Of a DNA stretch of 40,281 bases, positions 15,697-23,075 are shown in pieces. Below the pieces are notes generated by a model. It was given only the letters and a program-made list of their open reading frames with translations, searched no databases and was not told the DNA's origin. Made by a program: the position numbers and the translations under genes. The DNA is from Candidatus Eiseniibacteriota bacterium. Lineage in GTDB: Bacteria; Eisenbacteria; RBG-16-71-46; DASYSL01. Every line of letters starts with the position of its first letter. Position 1 is the stretch's first letter. The stretch is taken from assembly GCA_046596055.1 (NCBI GenBank), contig JBKJNH010000240.1:1-40281 (forward strand), written 5' to 3'.

Positions 15697-16563
15697 CTAG
15701 CGCCCCGCGCCGGCGACCGGGACTGGGAGCAGTGCAGAAAGCCCGAGAATGCGCACCTTTCCGTCGCCGATGGTCCCGGCGGCCGTCGCGGCGCCGGTCG
15801 AAAGGTCGATCCGGTAGAGGGTCGAGGCCGTCGCGGCCCAGGCCTGCTCGGCCTCACCGGGGCCCGAGACGATGTCGAAGCCCGACTCGGGGCCGAAGTC
15901 GACGCCGAGCGGCCCGATCGTCCGCAGGCCGCCATTGTTCGGCGGGTCCTGCAGCGTGAGTACGTCGAGCCCGGCATCGAGGTTGAACAGCCGCGTCGTC
16001 GGCGTCGCAGGCAACGAGCGTGTGTACCCCGCCGCGACGATCTTCGGTCGCTTGCCGCGATTCACGTCCTTCGCAACGTAGGTGAGCGGCCCGTCGACGG
16101 CCGCCGCGCCCAGGTCGGTGTGCACGCGCAGGTTCACGCCGGTGATGCCGACCAGGCGCAGGCGATCCGATTGCGGGTTGAAGTCCATGCCTGCGAAGTT
16201 GCCGCCGTCGAACGGCGAGGTCAGCGTGCTCACGCGCGTCGCGCGACCCGACGTCGGATCGATTGCGTACAGGTCGTACGTCGCGGTGATGCCGTAGAGG
16301 CGTCCTTTCGCCGGGCGGACGTCGATGCCGCGCAGCTCGCCCTTCACGCCGGCGATCGCAATGCGACGGACCGTGCCCGGCGTCGTCGCCGCGAAGCGCA
16401 CGAGCGCGTTGCCGGGCGTGAGCGCGACGAACTCCAGCGGCGTCGGCGGCGCGGGTTGGGCGTGGGCGAGCGCCGGCGCGGCGCACAGCAGGAGCAGCAT
16501 CCGGATCGGGGTCCGGCGGGTCGAACGGGAGGCGGTCGGAGGCGACGATTCCGGAGCGGGCAT
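15697..16563 (-). CDS. Secreted DUF4394 domain protein
   Basis: The signal peptide is MLLLLCAAPALAHAQ. Motifs are GELRGIDVRPAKGRLYGIT, LYAIDPTSGRATRV, FAGMDFNPQSDRLRLVG and NLRVHTDLG. ATG 16500 is an alternative start. Confidence 0.8.
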   Translation of the reverse strand: MPAPESSPPTASRSTRRTPIRMLLLLCAAPALAHAQPAPPTPLEFVALTPGNALVRFAATTPGTVRRIAIAGVKGELRGIDVRPAKGRLYGITATYDLYAIDPTSGRATRVSTLTSPFDGGNFAGMDFNPQSDRLRLVGITGVNLRVHTDLGAAAVDGPLTYVAKDVNRGKRPKIVAAGYTRSLPATPTTRLFNLDAGLDVLTLQDPPNNGGLRTIGPLGVDFGPESGFDIVSGPGEAEQAWAATASTLYRIDLSTGAATAAGTIGDGKVRILGLSALLPVPVAGAGR

Positions 16564-16629
16564 GACGTAGTCTGGGCACTGTACCGCTCGCCTGTCAATC
16601 GTACGCCCGCGGACCGACCGGCCCGCGAC

Positions 16630-19600
16630 TCACGCGGCGCGGCGATGCTCCTCCCAAACGGCGGCGAGCTGCGGGGTCAGCCGTTCCACCTCGAGTTCGA
16701 GCCTGCGCACCGCGGCGGCAAGATCGCCCCCGGGGTCCCCCCCCGCAATCGCTTCGACCGCCTCGGCGGCCTCCGTGGCCTGCGCGGCGCCGAGTGTACT
16801 GAGCGAGCCGCGCAGCCGATGGGCGGCGCGCTCGATCACGGTGACATCCTTGCCGGGCAAGGCGGCGGCGATCTCCGCCATGCGCTGCGGGGTGTCCGTG
16901 AGCCACAGGCCGAGGACCTCGTGCAGGAGCCCCTCGTCGCCGGCCACGTTCTCCGAAGCGGCGGCGCGATCGAACAGCGGCACGCCCTCGTCAGCGGCAA
17001 TGGGCGAAAGGAGGGCGAGGACCCGGGCCATCTCGGCGACGAGGTCCGGCCCCTTGATCGGCTTGGCGAGGTAGCCGTCCATCCCCGCATCGATGCAGCG
17101 CTCGCGGTCGCCCTTCATCGCGTGGGCGGTGACACCGACGATCGGGGAGTGGCGGTTCGTTCCAGCTTCGGAGCGGCGAATGGCGGCCGTGGCCTCGAAG
17201 CCACCGAGCACGGGCATCTGCACGTCCATGAGGATGATATCGAATCCGCCGGCGGCTGCGGCCTCGACCGCCTTCGCGCCGTCCTCGGCGGTGACGACCG
17301 TGTGACCCAGCTTCTCGAGCATCCGGACTGCGACGAGCTGGTTCACCGGGTTGTCCTCGGCCAGAAGGATGCGCCAATGGTTTCCATTCGTGGAGTTCAT
17401 GGGTTCTCCGGGTTGGACGTTGGACGCTTGCGCAGGTCGGGGGGATTGCCCCTCGTTCCCCGGGCCTCCCAGCGCCGACTGGATCGCCGCGAGCAACTGC
17501 TTCTCCGCCACCGGCTTGGTCAGGTAGCCGGCGACGCCGAGCTCCCGGCACCGTGCCGCGTCGCCGAGCTGCCCGCCGGAGGTGAGCATCATGAGCGTCG
17601 CGCCGGCGAGTCCCGGCACGGCGCGAATGCGGCGCGCCAGCTCGAATCCGTCGGTCTGGGGCATGTGCCCGTCCAGGATCACGAGATCGAAACGCGTCTT
17701 CGCCGTGCGCGCGTCGGTGAGGCGCACGAGCGCGGACTCCGCATCGGCGACCAGCGTGGGGACCATCGAGAGGTGGGAGAGCACCCCCCCGAGAACGCGC
17801 CGATTGGTCTCGTTGTCGTCCACGACGAGAACCCGCAATCCCCGCACGTCGACCCGTGCGAGCTCGGGCGCGGAAACCCCGGTCGCCGCGGGATCGATGT
17901 CGACCGCGATCGTGAAGTGGAACCTGCTGCCCTGACCCGGTTCGCTCTCGACCCAGATCCGCCCGCCCATCATCTCGACGAGCCGGGCCGAGATCGCGAG
18001 CCCGAGTCCCGTGCCGCCGAAGCGACGCGTCGTGGACATGTCCGCCTGGGTAAACGCCTCGAAGACGGCGCCCTGCTTCTCGCGCGGAATGCCGATCCCC
18101 GTGTCGCGGATGCAGACATGGAGGCGGAGCGCCGAGTCACCGCCGTCCCGGCCCTCACTCTCCACGGAGACCACGACTTCGCCATCGGCGGTGAACTTGA
18201 TCGCATTGCCGACCAGGTTGTTGATGAGTTGGCGCAGGCGCAGGGAGTCCCCGATGAGCCCGTCGGGGACGTCGGGTGCGACGTCGCAGATCAGTTCGAG
18301 CCCCTTCTTGTCCGCGCGCAACGCGAGTGTCTTCAGGGTGGACCCGAGTTGGTCGCGCAATGCGAACGGGACGGGGTCGAGCTCGAGACGTCCCGCTTCG
18401 ATCTTCGAGAAGTCGAGGATGTCCTCGATCACCCCGAGAAGGCTGTCGGCGGAGATCTTGACGGTATCCAGGTACTCGCGCTGCTCGCGCGTCAGCTCGG
18501 TCTCGAGAGTGAGTTCGGTCATGCCGATCACCCCGTTCAGCGGCGTCCGGATCTCGTGGCTCATGTTGGCCAGGAACTCGGACTTGAGACGCGCCGTCTC
18601 GATCGCCGCCTCCCGGGCGCGATTCGACTCGTCGACCGCGGCGCGCTGGGCCGAAATGTCCTCGACCGTGCCCACGTAGCCCGTGAGATAGCCGTCCTCC
18701 CGGCGATTGGGCACCGCCTGGGCGTGCATCCAGCGCTCGTGCTCCCCGGGCGTGACGAAGCGGAACTCGCCGGCGAACGAATCGAGACGGGCGACCGCCG
18801 AGTTCCACTCCGCCACGATGCGCGGCCGGTCCTCGAGGTGGAGCGCGTGCTCCCAGCCGCGTCCGACGGCGCGTTCGAGCGACATGCCCGCGAGCACCTG
18901 CCAGCGCGGATTCGCGTAGACGAGGCCGCCCGACGAGTCGGTTTCGATGATGCCGATGGGGGACGAGTCGCTCAGCAGGCGGAAGCGCTCCTCGCTGCGC
19001 CGGAGCTCGGTCGTCCGCGCCATCACTTCGGCTTCGATCGCGCTGCGACTCGACTCGATGCGGGCGCTCTGCAGCGAGGCGGTCTGCAGGTCCTGCAAGG
19101 ACCGCCTGATGGCCAGGATGAGCACCGCATCCTCGAACACCACCCAGCACGCGTGCTCGACCGCGCGCCACGGGGTCGCCGTCAGCACGCCGTAGATCGA
19201 CTGCGGGAAGTAGAGGCCACGCAGGACGTGATCGGCCGCGACCACGATCGAGGCGGTGATGAGCACGCGCCAGTCGCGGTAGATGGCGAGGAAAGCCAGG
19301 GATCCGAAAATGTGGAAGTGGGTCTCGATCCGACCCCCGCTCACGTGAATCAGCAATGCGGAGCTGAGCATCTGGCCGACCGCGATCAAGTGCCGGGTGC
19401 CCACGGTGCCGGGGCGCAGGAGGGCAGCGGCAATGGGCAGGCCGGCGATGACGCCCCCGAGAAGGATTGCCGCCCAGACGTGCGGGTGGGCGCGGGACTC
19501 CGCGCCGTCCCACGTCCGGGGGGTCAGCAGAAGCGCCGCGAGGACCCCCCCGACCCACTGGATGGCCATGATCCCGGCGAAGAGTCGATCGGTGCGACCG

Positions 19601-19689
19601 GCGAGTTCGTTCTGGGCCTGGCGATAGAGCTGTCGCGCGCGGGCAGCGAGTGCGGGATCACCGGTCAGGTCGGGGTCGATGGTCTTCAC
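16630..19689 (-). CDS. Hybrid sensor histidine kinase: 6-TM N-terminal module, PAS, HisKA, HATPase_c, REC, REC, HPt
   Basis: The start is re-set to GTG 19689, forming a GTGA overlap with the upstream ORF stop; 1019 aa. The TM module contains RTDRLFAGIMAIQW and GGRIETHFHIFGSLAFLAIYRDWRVL. The H-box is FLANMSHEIRTPLNGV. The HATPase region is GNAIKFT...DTGIGI...GGTGLGLAI. There are two REC domains (LVVDDNETNR and ILLAEDNPVNQ), and the HPt region is AAHRLRGSLSTLGA. The upstream 390 codons of track ORF 16630..20859 are a shadow. Confidence 0.85.
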   Translation of the reverse strand: MKTIDPDLTGDPALAARARQLYRQAQNELAGRTDRLFAGIMAIQWVGGVLAALLLTPRTWDGAESRAHPHVWAAILLGGVIAGLPIAAALLRPGTVGTRHLIAVGQMLSSALLIHVSGGRIETHFHIFGSLAFLAIYRDWRVLITASIVVAADHVLRGLYFPQSIYGVLTATPWRAVEHACWVVFEDAVLILAIRRSLQDLQTASLQSARIESSRSAIEAEVMARTTELRRSEERFRLLSDSSPIGIIETDSSGGLVYANPRWQVLAGMSLERAVGRGWEHALHLEDRPRIVAEWNSAVARLDSFAGEFRFVTPGEHERWMHAQAVPNRREDGYLTGYVGTVEDISAQRAAVDESNRAREAAIETARLKSEFLANMSHEIRTPLNGVIGMTELTLETELTREQREYLDTVKISADSLLGVIEDILDFSKIEAGRLELDPVPFALRDQLGSTLKTLALRADKKGLELICDVAPDVPDGLIGDSLRLRQLINNLVGNAIKFTADGEVVVSVESEGRDGGDSALRLHVCIRDTGIGIPREKQGAVFEAFTQADMSTTRRFGGTGLGLAISARLVEMMGGRIWVESEPGQGSRFHFTIAVDIDPAATGVSAPELARVDVRGLRVLVVDDNETNRRVLGGVLSHLSMVPTLVADAESALVRLTDARTAKTRFDLVILDGHMPQTDGFELARRIRAVPGLAGATLMMLTSGGQLGDAARCRELGVAGYLTKPVAEKQLLAAIQSALGGPGNEGQSPRPAQASNVQPGEPMNSTNGNHWRILLAEDNPVNQLVAVRMLEKLGHTVVTAEDGAKAVEAAAAGGFDIILMDVQMPVLGGFEATAAIRRSEAGTNRHSPIVGVTAHAMKGDRERCIDAGMDGYLAKPIKGPDLVAEMARVLALLSPIAADEGVPLFDRAAASENVAGDEGLLHEVLGLWLTDTPQRMAEIAAALPGKDVTVIERAAHRLRGSLSTLGAAQATEAAEAVEAIAGGDPGGDLAAAVRRLELEVERLTPQLAAVWEEHRRAA

Positions 19690-20327
19690 TCGGATTTCCG
19701 TTCTCCCAGGGATTCCCCGGAGGTGAGGGCGCAGCCGAACACGGGCGTTGCCGCTGCCGACGCCGTCGTTTTCCGATCGATCAGCAGGGCGAGCAGCGCG
19801 TCGCGTCCCGCGCTTGCGCCTTCGTGCGCGCGGCCCGGCGTGATCCCACCCGCAAACTGCAGGTGGTCGCGCTCGTCGTAGAGGAGGACCTGTCCGGAGG
19901 TGAAGGCGCCAAATCGCGCCGACTCCGCGCCGTCCGGATCCGGTTGAACCGTGACTCCGGGGATGGCTGCAGCCTGTCGACAGAGCGAGGACTGGAGCCA
20001 CGTCGAATCCGCTCCGACGGGAAGCGTGAGCACGGCGAGAATGGGGATCCCGCCGCCGCTCCTTGCGACGATCTGCTCCATCTCGCGCAGCGTGGCGCGA
20101 CTGCATGGGCAGCGGGGATGGAGGAACAGGAGGAGCGCGGCGGAGTCGGGCGAATGGGGGAGCGTGCTGGCGACCGGCCACGAGGCCGGGGCTGCCGCGG
20201 CGGCGCCGGCCGTCGATTGGCTTCGGACAAGAGAGGACAGTCCCGCCGCCGCGGCGCTCATCCAGAGCGCCACGACGAGGACGATGACTCCGGACCGGGC
20301 GTGGGCGGTCTGGATGGGTCCAGGCAT
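19686..20327 (-). CDS. Membrane-anchored thioredoxin-fold-like protein with a CPC motif (unknown family)
   Basis: The start is re-set to ATG 20327, with AAGGG 7 nt upstream; 213 aa. It has one N-terminal TM helix (GVIVLVVALWMSAAAAGL). Motifs are LLLFLHPRCPCSRATLREMEQI, SGQVLLYDERDHLQFAGGITPGRAHEG and a C-terminal TPVFGCAL. Confidence 0.65.
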   Translation of the reverse strand: MPGPIQTAHARSGVIVLVVALWMSAAAAGLSSLVRSQSTAGAAAAAPASWPVASTLPHSPDSAALLLFLHPRCPCSRATLREMEQIVARSGGGIPILAVLTLPVGADSTWLQSSLCRQAAAIPGVTVQPDPDGAESARFGAFTSGQVLLYDERDHLQFAGGITPGRAHEGASAGRDALLALLIDRKTTASAAATPVFGCALTSGESLGERKSE

Positions 20328-20468
20328 GGAACGACCCTTCGACGACGCGTCGCCCGGGGGAGAGCGCGCACTCGACCCCGGGAAAACTCGACTCACCGAA
20401 CAGATCGGCAGCGTCGGCCGGGGGCTGAAGATCGAACTTCCAGACCGCACGAGTTCGGGGCGCCCGGG

Positions 20469-20484
20469 GGCCTTGATCAAGGCC
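20469..20484. promoter_or_regulatory. Perfect 16-bp palindrome GGCCTTGATCAAGGCC in a divergent promoter region
   Basis: It was read directly and lies in the 248-nt spacer between the CPC-protein/kinase operon (minus) and the secreted protein gene (plus). Confidence 0.3.
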
Positions 20485-20575
20485 GGATCGGCCCTCGCCC
20501 CGCCGGCCGGGTAGTGTTAGGATCCCCGCCGGTTCCTTGACCCTGCCTTGCACCCTCATCGAGAAAAGAGCCCCC

Positions 20576-21244
20576 ATGCCCTTGCTCAAGCGCTGCACTC
20601 GCGGCTTCGTCGCGCTGGTCGCCCTGTCGCTCGGCTTCGTGTCGACGGAAGCCCGCGCGGGAAGTGTCAGCCACTTCGGGACGTATCCGCTCACGCAGTA
20701 TCTGAACGGTGGCTCGCGCGACTTCCCGGCATTCAGCTTTCCAATGTTCGACATGCCAGGCCAGTGCCTGACCTCGGTCTGCGTCACGCTCGACGGCGGC
20801 CTCGCCGGGTTCATCTCGTTCGAGAACTTCCAGCCGACTCCGGCCACCGTGAACGTCACCTACACGGGGACGATCACGCTCAAGCGCCCCGACAACTCGA
20901 CGATCCTCGTGGTGCAGCCGCTGACGACGACGACGGACAACGTGACCGCGTACGACGGCGGGGCCGACTACGCCGGCACCTCGGGGAAGACCTACCCGAA
21001 CGTGAACGTGACCGAGGCCGACAGCCTGTGCCTGTCCTCCAACGCGGACCTCGCGCTGTTCACCGGTGCCGGCACGATCGCGCTGCCCGCGTCGGCGCTC
21101 GACCAGGCCTCGCAGACCGGCGCCAGCGGCTGGTCGATCGGCGTGCAGGGCTACGCCACGGTCAAGCTGACGTACAACTACCAGGAGTGCACCGTTCCCG
21201 CCGAGCCGAAGTCGTGGGGCCGGATCAAGAGCAACTACCGCTAA
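20576..21244 (+). CDS. Secreted protein, choice-of-anchor-like beta-sandwich domain, with unusual C-terminal tail SWGRIKSNYR
   Basis: The start is re-set to ATG 20576. The signal peptide is MPLLKRCTRGFVALVALSLGFVSTEARAG. The mature part is Thr/Asn-rich (VNVTYTGTITLKRPDNSTILV and LALFTGAGTIALPASA). The C-terminus reads ECTVPAEPKSWGRIKSNYR, with no TM helix after the PxEP. Confidence 0.65.
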   Translation: MPLLKRCTRGFVALVALSLGFVSTEARAGSVSHFGTYPLTQYLNGGSRDFPAFSFPMFDMPGQCLTSVCVTLDGGLAGFISFENFQPTPATVNVTYTGTITLKRPDNSTILVVQPLTTTTDNVTAYDGGADYAGTSGKTYPNVNVTEADSLCLSSNADLALFTGAGTIALPASALDQASQTGASGWSIGVQGYATVKLTYNYQECTVPAEPKSWGRIKSNYR

Positions 21245-21290
21245 GCGAGAACACAGGAGTCGGACGACGAACGGCCGGGGCGTTCATGGC

Positions 21291-21308
21291 CTGCGCGAAC
21301 TCGCGCAG
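21291..21308. terminator. Inverted repeat CTGCGCGA-AC-TCGCGCAG in a convergent spacer
   Basis: 8-bp arms, lying between the converging 20576..21244 (+) and comM (-) genes. Confidence 0.3.
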
Positions 21309-21375
21309 CGTGAGCACCCTGGCCGTCGACGCAGGGAGCAGCGACGGACCGAAGCCCGGCCTGCACGTGCAAGTC

Positions 21376-21395
21376 AACTTCCCACGTGGGAAGTT
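21376..21395. terminator. Perfect 20-bp palindrome AACTTCCCACGTGGGAAGTT; candidate bidirectional hairpin terminator
   Basis: It was read directly and lies 13 nt beyond the comM stop. There is no U-tract. Confidence 0.4.
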
Positions 21396-21407
21396 CGCGG
21401 CCTGAGC

Positions 21408-22946
21408 TCACCCTTCCCCACGCATCGACAGCGCCTCCGCCACCGCTTCGGCGCCGACCACGGTCTCGCCCGCGAGGTCCGCCACCGTGCGGGCAAGGCG
21501 CCACGCGCGGTGGTAGCCCCGCGCGGAGAGCCCAAGCTTCGTCACCGCATCGGCGAGGAGCCTGCGCGTTGCGTTGTCCAGGGCTGCCGCGCGTTCGAGT
21601 TCCGCCGGCGTGAGCCTGGCGTTGGTCGCGGCGACACCGAGGCACGACGATCGCGCTTCCTGTCGCGCCCGCGCGAGGCGGACGCGGTCGCGCGCTCCTG
21701 CGGTCTCGTCGGGGAAGAGCGCGAGCCGCCGCCTGGCGAGATCGCGCGCGCGCATGGCCGGCACCTCGATCCGCAGGTCGATGCGATCGAGCAGCGGACC
21801 CGAGAGACGCCCGCGATAGCGCCGGATCGCGTCCGGGCGGCAGCGACACGCGCGCCGGCGCCCGCTCCCGAGAAACCCGCACGGACACGGGTTCATCGCC
21901 GCCACCAGCTGGAAGGTGGCCGGAAATCGCACCGAGGTCGTGCCGCGCGCCACCGTGATCGAGCCTTCCTCGAGCGGCAGGCGAAGCGCCTCGAGCACGT
22001 CGCGGCGGAACTCGGGCAGCTCGTCGAGGAAGAGGACGCCATGATGGGCGAGCGTGATCTCGCCCGGTCGGGGGACCGGACCGCCGCCCAGCAACGCCGA
22101 CGGGGAAATCGACGCGTGTGGCGCGCGGAACGGTCGGTGCGACAGAAGCGCGGCCGCGTCGCCGTTGAACTGCCCCGCGACCGAGGCGATGCGGGCGCGC
22201 TCGATCGCCTCGGCGGGGGACAGGGGTGGCAGGATCGCCGGCAGCGCCCGGGCGAGCAGCGTCTTCCCCACGCCCGGCGGGCCGATGAACAGCAGATTGT
22301 GCCCGCCCGCAGCGGCGACCTCCAGCGCCCGCTTGGCGTGCTCCTGGCCGGCGATGGCATCCAGGGGTGAGTCGTCACCGGCCGCGGCGGACGTCGGTTG
22401 TGGTGCAGCGTCGACATCGACCGCGCGCGGCACCGCGTTCCCGCGCACCCAGCCCGTCACCTCGAGCAGCGACTCCGCCGCGAACACGGGCAACGCACTC
22501 GCGAGCGCGGCTTCTCCTCCGTTCGCCGCCGGCACGACAATTGCCGTCGCGCCCTCGCGACGGGCGCCTTCGGCGAGCGCCATCGCGCCGCGTGTCGGGC
22601 GCAGCGTGCCGTCGAGCGCCAGTTCACCGACGACGATCCAATCCTCCATGCGTTGCGCGGGAAGTTGGCCCGATGCGGCGAGCACGGCGAGTGCGATCGG
22701 CAGGTCGAATGTCGAGCCTTCCTTCCGCTGGTGCGCCGGCGCCAGGTTCACGGTGATGCGGCGCATGGGGAACTGGAAGCCCGACTCGCGCAACGCGCTG
22801 ACGACGCGCACGCGGCTCTCGCGCACGGCGGCGTCGGGCAGTCCGACGACGTGGAATGCGGGCAGGCCGTTGGTGATCGAGACTTCGACGAGGACGGGGA
22901 TCGAATCGAGACCGTGGAGCGCGAGGCTCCGGATGCGGGCGAGCAG
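21408..22946 (-). CDS. comM: YifB/ComM family Mg-chelatase-like AAA+ ATPase
   Basis: The conserved N-terminus is LLARIRSLALHGLDSIPVLVEVSITNGLPAFHVVGLPD. Walker A is FIGPPGVGKTLLA, followed by HHGVLFLDELPEF and NPCPCGF. The only initiator beside the conserved N-terminus is CTG 22946, with GGGAGA 6 nt upstream, giving 512 aa. The remaining 636 upstream codons of track ORF 21408..24854 are antisense shadow of the next gene. Confidence 0.85.
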   Translation of the reverse strand: MLARIRSLALHGLDSIPVLVEVSITNGLPAFHVVGLPDAAVRESRVRVVSALRESGFQFPMRRITVNLAPAHQRKEGSTFDLPIALAVLAASGQLPAQRMEDWIVVGELALDGTLRPTRGAMALAEGARREGATAIVVPAANGGEAALASALPVFAAESLLEVTGWVRGNAVPRAVDVDAAPQPTSAAAGDDSPLDAIAGQEHAKRALEVAAAGGHNLLFIGPPGVGKTLLARALPAILPPLSPAEAIERARIASVAGQFNGDAAALLSHRPFRAPHASISPSALLGGGPVPRPGEITLAHHGVLFLDELPEFRRDVLEALRLPLEEGSITVARGTTSVRFPATFQLVAAMNPCPCGFLGSGRRRACRCRPDAIRRYRGRLSGPLLDRIDLRIEVPAMRARDLARRRLALFPDETAGARDRVRLARARQEARSSCLGVAATNARLTPAELERAAALDNATRRLLADAVTKLGLSARGYHRAWRLARTVADLAGETVVGAEAVAEALSMRGEG

Positions 22947-23075
22947 GGTGGATCTCCCGCGGGGGCGGGTGCGGCGGGAGGGGCGACCCGCATTGTAGAG
23001 CACCCTGCCGGTCGCCGTGCTAGACTTCCCGCGCGTCGTTCCCCCCGGCGAAACCCATTTCATTGGAGTCGCCCC

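Noticed and set aside
16570-16598. TTGACA upstream of the DUF4394 gene as a sigma70 promoter
   Set aside because: No acceptable -10 hexamer lies at 16-18 nt spacing: CCAGAC at 17 nt, and TACAGT only at 9 nt.
14878-19881. 1667-aa ORF on the plus strand, the longest ORF in the track
   Set aside because: It is antisense to four well-supported minus-strand genes (anti-sigma, sigma, DUF4394 and the hybrid kinase). Its composition is Arg/Gly/Asp/Pro-dominated with no recognisable motif. This is a typical stop-codon-poor shadow frame of a high-GC genome.
21190-21244. PEP-CTERM sorting signal at the C-terminus of the secreted protein
   Set aside because: PAEP is present, but the obligatory hydrophobic helix and Arg-rich end are missing; the protein stops 12 residues later. 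It is kept only as an unexplained tail motif.
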